Source: Hyphochytrium catenoides (lineage: Eukaryota > Protista > Hyphochytriomycota). Taken from it: 40,416 nt of DNA. Below the pieces are notes generated by a model. It ran no database searches, was not told the origin of the DNA, and was given only the letters and a program-made list of their open reading frames with translations. Of this stretch, positions 9,901 through 22,660 are shown piece after piece. The translations under genes were made by a program, and so were the position numbers. The stretch is from contig FLMG01004362.1 in the NCBI GenBank assembly GCA_900088475.1, positions 1 through 40,416 of the forward strand, in the 5' to 3' direction. Positions within the stretch are counted from its first letter, which is position 1, and every line of letters begins with the position of its first letter.

Positions 9901-12900
9901 CTCTCTTCAATAGAAAGCAGTTGGGAGACTCGAACCGCTCTTCTGCGGAGCAGGTGTACAGTCCGGCGGCATCAAATGCGTCAACGGTAGCGCTTTGCCC
10001 CTTCTATTGCTGTCTTAGAGCTTCTCTCTCATCTTGAGCTCCAGCTATCGCCCTCCCCTCTCTCTATGCCTAGGAGGAACTCCCAGCAATCCGTAATAGC
10101 CGCGGCGTTGGGGCAGAGGGAGGACGGCAGAGGCGCTAGTGGGTCCTCCATGACGTTGGGATGGACTCAGGGAGCTGTCAAGCCAGTCAATCCGTTCCAG
10201 GGTATCAAGGAGTATCTGAATTCTCTGAAGTAAGAAGTAAACAGAGGCCTTGGAGGCTTAGCCTAGAAAGTTAAGCTTTATCCCTCTTCGCCCTTTTATC
10301 AGCTTCACTTCGAACAGACGGCGTTGGAGCCATCTCTTCCCTTCCAGTGAGGCAGAATTCAAGCTCCACACAGGTGAAGAAGGCCAACCTTAGTCCTGTT
10401 CCTGACTAATCTAATGCTCCTTCTCGTCTCAAGCATTATCATCGATCCTTAGCCGTGTCTAATTCCGCCACCTAAGGTTCTTACCGACCTTCTCCGCTGT
10501 ACCTAATTCTTATGGGCATTCTTTATCATCCACAGGGCCGAACTGGAAAAGTTTGACGTCTCCAGCCATTCTCCCACTAACGACAGATGACTTTCCTTCC
10601 GAAAAGGATCTTAAGCAATTCTATGTAGAGAGCTTCTATACCCTCACTCTCCCCGAGCGGGGAAGCAGGGACTATGACAGCACGGGAAGACACTATGCCA
10701 ACCACAAGGAGCTCCTTAAAGAGCTTGTTTGCCAGGTGAGAGGCTAATCGTCCGTGTCTATGAGCAACACGGTGTAAGGAAGGATCTGCTCATAAGGGCA
10801 GGCTATATGAAGAAGGGACATAAGAGACTAACAACCTCCAAAGAGACTAACGAACAACGTGCGCAGCGCTTGGCCATGGACTTTCAACTGTATGAGCCAC
10901 CTGAGAGCCAGGCAACGCTTCAACTTGCCTCTGGTTCCTCTTTGCCTCCGTCTCAAGTGGAGACATACAAGTACTACCTAAGTATGGGACATCGAGTCCA
11001 GGTCCTGACCTATGAAGTGGAGAATCAAGCCATCGAGGTCAAGAGATATGTCCGCAGGTTAGGCTCTAAGGCTACTAGCGCTGGCCCTTGGGACCACAGA
11101 TCATCTCCTGTCCTCAAAAATGCCCTGGTTATGATGCTGACCTGCTGGAATTGTCCGGGCCCTCCACTGTCCCTCCTACCACTTAACAGTTTATAACCGC
11201 CAAAGCAGAGTCTCATGGGGCCACCGACTCTCTCCCATCTAGTTCAGGCTCTAACCCATGACTGTCCTTTACGTGCTCTCTCTCTCCTCCCATCCGGCTG
11301 AGAACTCTACAGAGATAGTACGTCTGAAGAAAATGAGCCATGGCAGTATGAATATTCACTGTGGATGCCGCTCATCAGCTCCTTTCAGAGGCTGCACCAA
11401 GAGTTCTATGAGTTCCCCAACCCAGAGTACAACTGGAACTATCTGGACCAGCTCATCTGTGGCTACTTTGACGCAATCACAGAGCAAAGCAAGAGCAAAA
11501 GACTCAGGTAAGGCATGGAATAGGGATTTTCCATGGAGGAAGAGGCGAAGAGAAGAACTTGTGTGGACAAGAGAGTGCGGGAGAAGTGGAAAGATGGCAC
11601 ATAGGGGGTTGAATGACATTGAGAGGGCCAGAATGGGGCGCCACAGAATATCTTGTGCGAGAGGAAAGGCCAAAAAAGGACTGGCAAGTGCTGCCTTACC
11701 TCACTCATCCATACCTCACTTTCCATCCGCAGGTTCTGCATCCCATCCCTTCGGGGCACAGGAATCCCTCATACAGACCTAACTCCTCAAGCGGATGCCC
11801 GCTACCCTGCCGAAGGTGAAATGGATGAGGAAGCACCTTCGAACCAGCATCTTGCTTTGTCGAGGAGAATAAGGATTATTCTGCCAGCCGAGAGCAGTGA
11901 GACAGCCCTTGTGCCGCTCGAGGGCTGGACTAAGGGCTACTTCCCTTCTTTGGCTCAGCAACAAGAGCAAGCGCTCAAGTTCAAGAGAGTCTATGAGTTC
12001 TTGAGGTATTATCTCGCTTCAACGTCCACTGACATGCTCTAATTCCTTCTACTGGGTCTGTCTCTGCTCTTATAAAGCTCTAGGTTTGATAAGAACGCCG
12101 ACGAGGAGGAGGTGGCCATCGCAGAGTTTGCTTCTAAACCTCCATCTCTAAACCCAAAGACTGTGGTCTTCACAGTGCCCATGAGCTCCAGCAACAAGAA
12201 GACTGAAAATGACAGGTGCGAAGAGGACTTAGTACTAGAAAGGCAGCAAGACAGTAGTAGAGGAGGGCAGAAGTGCAAAGTGAGAAAGGAAGAAGTGCGA
12301 ACGAAGTTAGGGGAAGAAGAGAGATAGACACACAGACGCACAGACGGAGAGAGAAGTGAAGGTATGGAGTGAAGCCTGATTGACAAAGCGCTGGAAATAG
12401 GAGGCACTGCTAGGGAGACTATGCAGCTCAAAAGGCTATATATACTTAAAGGCAGAGCGGCCATTCACCTGTCTGACACATTCTCTCTCTCTATTTCTCT
12501 CTTGTATCTGTCTCCCTGCCAGGCCTGAATGGCTAGAAGTTCACTGTGACTCTGTATTTGATCCCCGCACTTGCTTCCACATTGAACTGCGCTGGCACGC
12601 ATGCGACAGCGCTGCAGTTGATGACTTTGTTGGCCTGCTACACCGCAAGTGTGCGCAGAGCGGCGCAGAGCTCCTGCAGGTCAACTGGCTTCTCTTGCTC
12701 TCTTTCCCGACTTTCTCCTAAGGGATGCGCCTCCCAAATGTGAGGGAAGCTTTTCGTCCCGTTAACGACCGTGGCTGGTGTCCTCTCACACTTCTCATCA
12801 CCTCTCAAAAAATGCCGTTGTACTACCACTTTCTCTCTTTTTCTTTCTCTCTCTTTCATTGTGCTTCGCTCCTTGTTTCTCCTTCCTACTTACAGATAGC

Positions 12901-13863
12901 TTTAACGGACATCTGCCCTCACCCTTCCTCTGTCATCTACTAAGCTTCTCACGTACTTCTCTCCGCTGTCGCTTTCCAGGTGCCGGAGTACGGTCGGACC
13001 ACTTCTCTTGAGATTCATCCCTTCGTTGCCCCGATCTTCCTCCCTATCCCTTCCGCCCAGCAGTTGCAAGTGGTAGCAGAGGGTCTGGTTGTTTACTTTG
13101 GCTTCCTGCTGGACGACGAGAAGGTCTGCGACTCCAGAGGGCTAGGAAGAGGCTTAGGTATATTGAACTGCTGCCTATTCTCGCGCGTTCTTTAGCCTTC
13201 AAGAAATGATTCTTTCCAAACCTGCTGCTTTAGGGGCAACGCGTGTGCTTATATTGATTCATACACTTTGTCTATGTATATATCCCTAGAGAACACTTCC
13301 ACGCCACTTCCCAGCTTTTGATTCTTCTCTCGCTCGATAAAAACCTTCTGAAGAGTCTTTTCTGCAACATGGCTTCGGTCTTTTCCACGTCTTCAATGTG
13401 CAGCTGCTGTCTCTTCTTGCTATACTTTCTGGCATCCGATATGTATTTACTGAGAGAGCGTCCCTAGGGATAGAGCCAGAGGAGAAATCTCTGGATCGCC
13501 CGATTAGGAGAAAGACTCTTGAGGAAAGAGAGAAGCACCGTCGCGCCCGTACCTACCGGCAGTTTAAGCACTATAAGCACCCTGTGTTTGTGAGAGTCAC
13601 ACAGAAAGGTAACGGCAGAACAGCCAACAGGGGAGAATGAGGGAGAGACAGGCTTCACACTTCCACTCAATCAATCCCTAACACACTCTCTCCTCATCCC
13701 TTTCTTTATAGGCATTGTCTGGGTGACGAGCAGGCTAACAGACAGGGAGTTTGGGCTCGGCCGCGACCTTCACTCTCTCTTTACCTCCCTCAAGTCCTTC
13801 GTAGAGGACGTTAGCTTGACAAACGAGATCCTCAGCGAGATTCTAGACACGCTCTCTGTATAA
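3966..13863 (+). CDS. DEPDC5: GATOR1 complex subunit DEPDC5/IML1/SEA1, multi-exon; start codon uncertain; apparent frameshift near 7295
   Basis: Spliced exons give family motifs in the expected order: [164 protein letters not shown]; stop TAA at 13861-13863. Confidence 0.93.
6507..6657 (+). other. GC-AG intron in DEPDC5
   Basis: CAG|GCAAGT donor, CTAAT branch-like motif at 6636, CCCAG| acceptor; the phase-0 join restores the frame leading to [14 protein letters not shown]. Confidence 0.7.
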
Positions 13864-14059
13864 GGAGGGAACCCAAACAGAGGAAAGAAGGCAGACTATG
13901 AGACGAAGGTGGGATAGGTGGTTGAGAGAAAGGAAAAGTGTCTCGAGAAAGGATATGTCTCCCACTGTTGAGGTGGAACTATGGCCCAGTCATCTTTTAG
14001 GGCCGCATAGGCCGTAGGTACGCAAGAGGAGAGAAAGATAGCAGAGAGTAGAGGGAGCT

Positions 14060-17000
14060 CTAAGAAAGTTCGAAGCCTGAGTGAGAGTTGATGGCTTGGA
14101 GCAGCTTGGTCCTCAGCACAGCCTCAGAGGGGTAGGCGGGCAGCTTCAGCACATTGAAGCACGTGGAAGAGAACGGCAGTGCGTTCGCATCTACTTTGAC
14201 CTGATTCACATGGAAAAGATGAGGTTAAGCTTGAGCTGACGGCAGAGCACTACGCCTATCCCTATTACAATGCGAACAACGAAAACTGGTACATTATGAT
14301 TCTCTTGCGCTGAAATAGAGCAGCTTTCTCCTTAGCATGCGTCCCGCTCTTCTGAAACTCTAGTCCGAGGACCCAATGGTCCCTCTTCTTCTTCTCATTC
14401 ACCTCCCTCCCACCTTCCCCTTTGTTCTCGCTCACCTTCATGATTGTAAGAGGAGGATCTAGAGCCGAGAAGCCAAGCGGTGGCGGCCGCTCACAGCTCG
14501 TGACAAACTTCAAAAGAAGCGCTTGCTCGCCTGGAGTCATGTCCTTCACCACCTGGTCGCCAGAAGGTTAGAAAAGGCACCAGACACCCAGCTCGAGAGG
14601 GAATTGAAATTGAGTCTTGAACGATAGCGCAAGAGAATGAGACGGTAGCCCAACAGAGACAACAGCCAAGGGGAGCCAACGCAGCCACGCTTTGCAGCTT
14701 ATTAGTCACATTGAGCTGGGATGTGAAGAGAGTAGAGAGGTAGCGGACTCCGCGCTTAGGACATGAGGAAGGAGAGCAAGAGACAATGCCTAGCCGCGCC
14801 TTACCTTCCAAAACCTCCTGATGGTCTTGTCTGCCGGATAGTATCCGCCCGCATACCGTGTGTGCCGTATCAGATCCTCTAGGTCCACCGCCCCGTACAC
14901 CCCAGAGATCAGGACTTGCAGCTCTGGTTCGTTGAAAAAAAGTAGCAAGGACGGGTCCAGGACTTCCCTGAAGCCCCTCAGGAACGCCGTGGTCTGCCTG
15001 TCGATCCTCCGCGTGAGGTAGTAGTGAGCCACCAAGTGGATATACCGCAGCTTGTTCTCCGCCGTCACCACTTTATCCTTTCCCCCATCCAACAGCTCCA
15101 CCTCCTCTCTCTGTCCTAGACTGTCCTCCACCACCGTGAATGTCAGGCCTAAGTCCTCAATGGAGCCGTCATAATGCTTCAGAAACACCAGGTTCTTATA
15201 GATTTCTACGTCCAAGGAGGGCAGATCGTTCAAAGAGTTCTGGTTGCCTAGCATTTTGCTGAGAAAGAAGTGTGCAAAGCGTGGCTGGACAGTCAGCCCT
15301 TCATAGAGCGCCTTGGCCAGCACTCTTCCTAGGAAAGAGAGCATTCTGAGATCATCCTGTCCATGTATGATGCGTGAGAGTGGAGAAGGGTAAAGCAGAT
15401 TGTCCCCCGTGGAGAGGAAAAAGCCATGCGCAGGAGTGAAGGCGGACCGCGCAAACTCTGTCCAGAACTCCTTGAAGAGTCCTCCAGAGTCTATTCCACT
15501 CTCTCTTTCTCCAAACTCATTGACGAAGGAGACGATCACTCTCTTCTTCAGGGAAGAGCCAAGCCCATCCAGCTTTTGGAAACCGTCTTCAAGCACATGT
15601 AGTCTCCGAATGGATACGTTAATCCCTGGAAGACGTTCCCTCTCGGTTCCTTGAAGCTTTTCTCTCTCTCTCTTTAAGAGAATCTGGAACAGTTTGGCAC
15701 GTTCCACGAAGGAGATAGCTGATGAAAAGAGGAGCAAACAAAGGGTCATATTGGTCCGGCGTATCCAGGCGAAGTGACAAGAAAGGGGCACATATGGCAC
15801 TGTAGCAGATTCTTGGAAAGTAACGGGCAGGAGAAGGGGAGAGGGTTGAGACAATGAAAGATGAAAGAGACTAAAGAGAGAGCGAGAGAAGGAAGAAGAG
15901 GTCAATGGGGGCCTACCATATGGCATAGCCCTAAGAAGCTTGGAGGCATTGGCGTTGCCTGGAGTCACCAAAGGCTATGAATTAGTTGAAGAAGAGGAAC
16001 AGCACCATACTCAATCCTGCCTCTCAGACACTGCTCATCCCTCAATCCTTCTTGTCCCCGCTCCCGTTCCCAAGCGATTTCCACAGAAGTCGCATCTCTC
16101 TCTCTACCTCCGCCACCTATCTCCGAACTACATCGCTTCCCAAACTCTAGGAAGAGTTCCTGCTCCTCACCGGCCAGCACTTCGTTTATGAAGTCTCCTG
16201 AAAGCTCAAAAACTTGCCAGCTGCTGCTGCTGCAATAGGGCCGCCGAGAGCACCGCGAGTAAAGAGACTTCAGCACCGAGGAAAGGTGGCTGATAACGCT
16301 CCATAGAGGCTAGATCAAACAGCGCGAACATGAGATGAAGACACAAGGGTTAAGCAGGATTGAGAGGCCGTGGAAGCAGAAGATGTAACATGTAGAGCTG
16401 CAGGGAAAGATTATATCCCGCTACAGCCTTCCTACCTGCTGTTCGCTCTCTGCAATAGCAAGCTCTTCAGGAAAGAAGCGATACATCCTGGGACAGAAAG
16501 CAAAGGCTGTGAACCTCACAAGAGAAAGGAGAAGTCAATGCAGTCTCTCTTCACCTGAAGAGAATCCGCTTAGTGCAGAGTATGAAGCGCTCTATCTCGA
16601 AGAGAGGCAGAGGGTACTGCTCTTCGTACATCTCTTCGTCTCCTAAGACCAGAAGGAGATGTGTATAGGTCGCAGCGAGAACGTTGAGAAGAGAGAGAGG
16701 ACCCGAGGGATAGCCAGGACTGTACTGCAGCCTCTCAGCCCAGCTCTTAACATCTATCGAGTCCTGAAAGGTGAAAGTGAGCAACCTAATTGATTGACAG
16801 CACTATAGCGGGAGATGTTCTCCAAATCGACAATCGGTGGCCTGAGGTTTGGCTTTTGATAGAGCAGAGCAAGCTTGAAGAGGCTCTAAGCATTAGAGCT
16901 TTCAAGGACGCTGAAGCCCACACGTGAGCACCATTGAGGGCACAAAGGGATATACGAACTTTTTGAGAGGGCAGCGAAGACGAGTAAGCTGACGAGAGAG

Positions 17001-20000
17001 GCTGTCTGGCAAATTTGTAGGGAAGGATGGGAGGAAGAGGTCTTGGGAAGAGTCACACAGCTGTCTACCTGTAGGATGGTCCAAAGGTTCTCTATAACAG
17101 AAGCGGAAGAGTGTTGAGGCACCGCTGTTTCCGTCGGTCGTCGTGGGAGCTTCGAGAAGGAAAGAGTGCTTAGGACCGCAAGGGAAGAAGGCATCTTGCT
17201 GCTGGGCCAACGGTGAAGGAAGATGCTGACGAGGTAGCAGAAGGATGGCACTGCGTCCGCGTCATACGCTACCCCACCTGAAGTGCTTTCTAAAGAAAGG
17301 ACACCAGTAAGGGGGGTCAGAGATAATTTTTGCCAGTAGCGAGAGGATAGAAAAACGGGGAAGAGGAATGTGAGATCAAGAGGGGAGACGGCACTTGTCA
17401 GCCATGTAAGGATATCGCCGTTGTAGGATATCGCCATAATAGCTAAAAGGAGAGACTACCCTCACCTGTCTCTGTCTGTGTCTCTTCTTCTTGCTTCAAG
17501 CTGATATCTCGCAGCCTGTCCTCGATATTTCGCTCTCCCGAAGGTTTGAAGCTGAAGAGACGCTGTGCCCACCTGTTAACAGCGAAGAGGTCAGTGCGAA
17601 AAGAGGGCAGATAACAAGCACACAGAGGATGGCAGATGTTATCTCCCAGGGAGCTGCAGTGATGAAGGAATTAGACGGATGGCCCACCGGACTGTAAGAA
17701 GCAACGCTGGAAGGAGAGAGGGGATTGACTGACGTGTCCCAGAGAGAGGGTGAGAAAGAGGGACGAGAAAGAAAGAGAGAAAATTGCATGCGAGGAGTCC
17801 GACGAGAAAAAGGAAGGGCGATCTCTTCTTTGGGAAGAGAAACTCCACTCTTGAATTCTCACCTGGAATTCTTCCACATAATGCTGATCTTCTTTTGCAA
17901 AGTTAGCTTCTCAGGCACAATGCTCGCGAATCCATACCTAAGAAAAAAACAGGAAACTCAGATGACATCATCGGCAACAACCACGTAAAGTCCATCCGTC
18001 AAGCGGAGTAGGGAATAGATCCAATGGGACCACATATTTAGGTACCGGGACACAAGGAGAAAGTCGGGGAGAACAAAGAGTGAGATCCGGCTCACCGCAG
18101 TGCCTCGTCGGCTGCTTGAGGGTTCAGTGCCTCAGGTTTCTGGGTTCTATTGAGCGGCTGCCGAAGCAGGTTCTCATCTATGGGTAGCGACCGCTGGATG
18201 AGTTCCAGTAAGAACCTATCGCCAGGGACAGTTAGCTTGCAGCGCTGGAAGAGACAAAGATAGCCCATAATGGACTATCAGAGAAAGAGACTATGTCCAG
18301 ATGGCAGCAGAGAGAAAGCAGAGAGGTGGGAAGGCCATGAATAGGGTGTCTCGCAGAGCAGAACCTGTGGTCAAATAGATGGTCAAGTCTCTTTCTTAGG
18401 TTGGAAGGGAGCACTGTCGGCCGCAATATCGTGCTGGAACTCCCTCCCCAAAGTAGTCCTGCCGGCGAATAGACACCGTCTGGCACGGTCATAAGCAGCG
18501 ACGCCAGCATTTCGCAATCCAGCGCTGGCTGCACAACTGAGGTCCTGCTATATATATGGAGCAGGTTGGACAGCAGCCTGAAGATAATGTTGAATTTGGT
18601 CAGTTTTCACGCCTTCCCTTCTCTTTCCAGTCCTCTTCTTCCCCTCCCCACAATTGGCTATCCCGTCTCAATCTCTAGCTCAGCTCTGAAGCTCGTTGCC
18701 TTCAAAAGTTAGGCCCTCAGTCATTATCACTTATCCTGCTCCTTTTGCTACAGCCAACTTTTGGAGATAAGAAAGAGCAGCTCGCCCATGTTATCCTCAC
18801 CAGACGTCAGTCCCAATCTCCGGCGCCAAAGGCTCAGGAAGATCTGGCCGCAGGCAGAGATAGGAGGAGAGCAGAGTACTCCACAGCGAGGGAGATGTCA
18901 TCCGCAGCAAGATGTCCTTGTCCAGCATCGCGGACACTCGGGGCACAGTCAAAATCTAGATGTTCGTTCTTCATAAGGAAATGGACTTTCAATCGGAGTG
19001 AGCCTGCGCGCTGAGTGACCTACCTGAGCACAGAAGGACGCTGCATACTTTTCTCGCGTCTTGTCGTCTCCTCTTTTCCCAATTAGCGGCAGTAGCAGGA
19101 CGCAAACGGCGTCACTGAAGCCCCCAATGCCCTTTTTAGGTTCATAGGCGGGCAATGCTAGGGAACTTAAAAGGCAGCGACGAACCGGCTGGAGAAGAGA
19201 TGACGGAGAAGAAATCAGACCGTCCAGCAATGTGACTCCCAGTCTGGAAGGCGGCGGTACAGCCCCTTCTGATTTGGGTTGAGGCTTAGACCCCAAGCCC
19301 GTAACCCTGCAGCAGAAGCTCGCCAAAAGATGAAGGGCCGAGTCTTGGCCCACCTGCGAGAAAGCGGTCGTCAAAGAGAAGGAAGGAAGGTTTGTTTCCT
19401 GAACCAAGAGCTACCGCCCTCTTCCCCACAGTGAGAACTGAGCCCGACGAGAAGCCACCAGAAGAAGGAGGAGGAACAGACAGAAAAGGACCAGGAACGA
19501 TAACATATGCGAATTTGGGAGAAAGCGGAGAGAGATGGGACGGGAAAGGCCAAGAGAGAAAGACTCATGCAGCCTCAGCCTGCAGACCATACAGCTGTCT
19601 ACATGCCCAGACCTGGCAGCGGTAGAGGGACCTGCTTCCAAGGCCCAAAATGACGAAACTCCGCAGTTCTCTTGAAGCTACTGTCTCTGAGGGACAAGGG
19701 CGTGGTATGCGAGTGAGATCTTCCAGCTTGGTCGCATGGTCAAAACCACAATAGAAGAGTAGGGCAGACTCGCGTGAAGAAACAAAGGAACAGAAGCGAA
19801 GAGAGGACATCCTAAGGCGAGTGCATACCAAACTAGGTAAGTTAGCTAGAACTATGCAGAAATGAACCAACAAATGGAATAGAAAAGCAAGAAGATAACA
19901 AAGGAGCCTATCGTCCACCTGCAATGGCCTCCTGGGGTTCCACTTTGTCGGCTTGGCCACTATCTAAACTCTGCAGCAGCAGCAGCGCCATCCCGTGGAA

Positions 20001-20512
20001 CCTAGCAGCATCCGCCACATCGTCTCTGTAGAACCAGAGCAGCAGCCTCACCAGCTACACAGATCGTCAGTAGTTTATCAAGAACCTAGGCTAAAGTCTG
20101 AGAGGTTTCACCTTCTGGCAAAGCGCGGGGGGCGGAGGAAGGACTATTCCCTGCTGCTGAAGAAGGGAGCGAAGAGAGAAGAAGTCCGTAGTCTTCCGAT
20201 CCCAGTCAGTACGAAGGAGTTGCTGCCATTTGCTTGCCTCTCTTCGGCCGCGCCACACAGACTGTATCTTCACCACATAACTGGGAGCGAGCAGAGGAGA
20301 ATAGACAGATTGTTAGATGGAGAGCTCCATGAGCCCTTTTGGGTCTCTCAGTACCTGGCTTGCTTCCTCAGCTCCTCTCTTTCCGCTCTCTGCCTCCTCG
20401 CTTCTGAGACAACGTCAGCCTTAGTCTTCGCGTCTGATTGCTGGCCTCCTCTCCGGGCAGCTCTCCCCTTGTCTCCCTTTGGTGCAGTCAGGTCGCGGTC
20501 ACGGAAAAACAT
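14060..20512 (-). CDS. IQ-motif HECT E3 ubiquitin ligase, UBE3B/UBE3C (plant UPL6/7, yeast Hul5) family, multi-exon
   Basis: N-terminal [11 protein letters not shown] and IQ motif KIQSVWRG; HECT motifs [66 protein letters not shown], catalytic [14 protein letters not shown], terminal GFELS* (TAG 14060-14062). Confidence 0.93.
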
Positions 20513-21348
20513 GTTCCCTGTTAAGCAGTAAGTTCGCCAATCTGTGGTGACCGTGCCAAGTGCTTCATCAAAAAAATGATAGGCTTCACTCAGACCGCCA
20601 GCTCTATGATGGGTGTAGCAGCGTCAGGCTAGGGCTTGATCTCTATATAGAATGGGTTTGAGGCTGACTCCTGGAGGCAAGGCTCAGTGTACACAGAGTT
20701 TGCCGCCCGTAGGTCAAGCCCGTCGAGAACTATTCTAGACCTGCGACTCTGCCCTGATTGTAACGATGACGTATGACCAAGAGGGCTCTGGTGATCATGC
20801 AGCGTGCTCTTCTAAGACTTGGTTAATGGCGATGAGAGATCTTGCAACGGCAATGGCTCTAAAGCCTGGATGACCCTGCAAGGCAGCATGAACTGAGGGG
20901 TGACCCTACTGCATGGGCACAAAGGCCCCGGTGCTCGTGAAGTCTAGAGTGGCCTTCGATGGCGCTGAAGCAAACATGGCATGAGGATCTGCCTGCCTTG
21001 GGCGGCCCCACCCGCGGAGGACGAGCTCCAAGCTCAGACTTTGGCAGGCAACAAACCGGCATTCATCGCATCATCGCGCATTGAGACCTTCAACCTCAAC
21101 ACGAATCATCACTAGTTATCGATACGCCACAGAACTTTAAACCAAATCTATAGTTATTTCGACTGATTGATCTAAATATCAAAATGGGAGTACAAGTGCT
21201 GTATGGAGTGCTGGCCATACGGCCCACACATAAAGACAGCCTTATAGCAGCTCTTAAATAGTAGTGCCTGCATACTTCCATACAAACTCTGCCTCCCGCC
21301 CAAGCTCCTTGCGCTATGACCTGTAAGCAAGCAAAAGTGCAGGAACAC

Positions 21349-21364
21349 CTACGAGTACTCGTAG
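21349..21364. promoter_or_regulatory. Perfect 16-bp palindrome in the divergent intergenic region
   Basis: CTACGAGTACTCGTAG equals its own reverse complement; 170 bp upstream of ATG 21534. A regulatory role is inference only. Confidence 0.35.
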
Positions 21365-21533
21365 TGCTTGGTCAGGTCAGAACCGCCCTCCATCGCGGGA
21401 TAGCGCAGCACATCGGCACGGCTCACGGGAAGTGTTGGCCGAGCATTGCAGCGCTGAGTCTCGTATCTATCTTAGCGTCGTGGGCAGAAAACTTGTCAGT
21501 GCTTCAGCCCTCACCTGAGGTCTCATCAAGACC

Positions 21534-22594
21534 ATGTTGACCGCGGGGACCATCGCTCTGCTGGCCCTCTTCAGCCTGCACCTTGTCCTTAGCAATGAAT
21601 CGATGGTTTCGGCCATATACCCGGGGCTTGCTGACCAATTGAGGGATGCTAGCGGCCTGCCGCTGCGGCAAGTCCATCTGCTTTGGAAGCTCATGCCCGG
21701 CACACTTTTCAACGGGCTGTTTGCTATTCAATTCGTCAGGGCTGGCTGGGGAATCATCGACTTCGGTGCGGTTGTTGTCATCTTCACCTCCCTACCTTCC
21801 TCTAAGTCTGAGACCTCACATTTGGCAATCTCTCTCAACCTTTCTCAGGGCTCTTTGCGCTGTACAACATTTTTACTGCCTGTGTGCTTCGCAACGGGGA
21901 TATTATTCGGTTCTTCCCTTCATCCTTGACTCCAGAGTGGGCCGACAGGCTACAGTCGGAGGATGTCGCCCTCATATGCAGCGCCATGCTGCAGAGTTTA
22001 TTCTTGCTATCGGCCTACCGCGTGATCCATGGCGGCTCCTCATCTCTGGAGGATCAGAAGCTCAGGTATTATCCGCAAAAACTTCAGGTATAGTCCTGTC
22101 CTAAGAGTGTGATGTGCGCCCGCAGGAGGAAACTTGAGGCGTATCTCGGCGTTCACGACCCATCAAGAATCTCAGAGGTTAGCAAGTTGGTGAGGCGTTA
22201 TCGCGGGCGAGAGGAAGAACTGTTCTACACTCTCAACAAGAAGTATAAGACAGGTTAGCCCTCCGAAGGATAGGATACGCGCTCCTGATGGGCCACAGCA
22301 CTAACTGCGATGTCAGGCGAGGCGGTGCAAAGTGGCGGCGACGCTGATGCTGAGGAGATGCAAGGAGAAGACCTTATGCCTAAGGAAAAGGAGGCGAGCG
22401 ACTATCCAGTCAAAAAATATGAGGAAAACGAGGAAAGAAGTGAAGAAGAATCCGATGAAGAGCCCATCAAAGTGCAACTGCGCTCTCAGAAGGCAACGTC
22501 ACAGCTGGTGGCCAGCGCCATCACTGCCGCCCGTGAAGAGCAGCAAGCGAGGATCAAGGAGCGCATTGCAAAGCTCCAGAGCGGGAAAAAGTGA
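21534..22594 (+). CDS. Hypothetical membrane protein with HDP..YRGREEELF helical motif and acidic/coiled-coil tail; 4 exons
   Basis: Two to three hydrophobic segments; spliced exon 22126-22253 reads RKLEAYLGVHDPSRISEVSKLVRRYRGREEELFYTLNKKYK; last exon is E/K-rich and ends SGKK*. Confidence 0.7.
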
Positions 22595-22660
22595 GAGGAT
22601 AGAAAGGAAAGACCGCGAAAGAAAGGAAGTATGTGATGGGTACAGAGGATTCTAGGGATC

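Noticed and set aside
17405-17437. ATATCCTT on the minus strand in the HECT gene, within a duplicated GGCGATATCCT
   Set aside because: It appears to lie inside a GT-AG intron starting at 17465, with no matching U12 branch and AC end; best read as a small local duplication.
21030-21118. Possible minus-strand C/D snoRNA (GTGATGA..CTGA)
   Set aside because: No good terminal stem and only ~9 nt of possible rRNA complementarity; consistent with chance.
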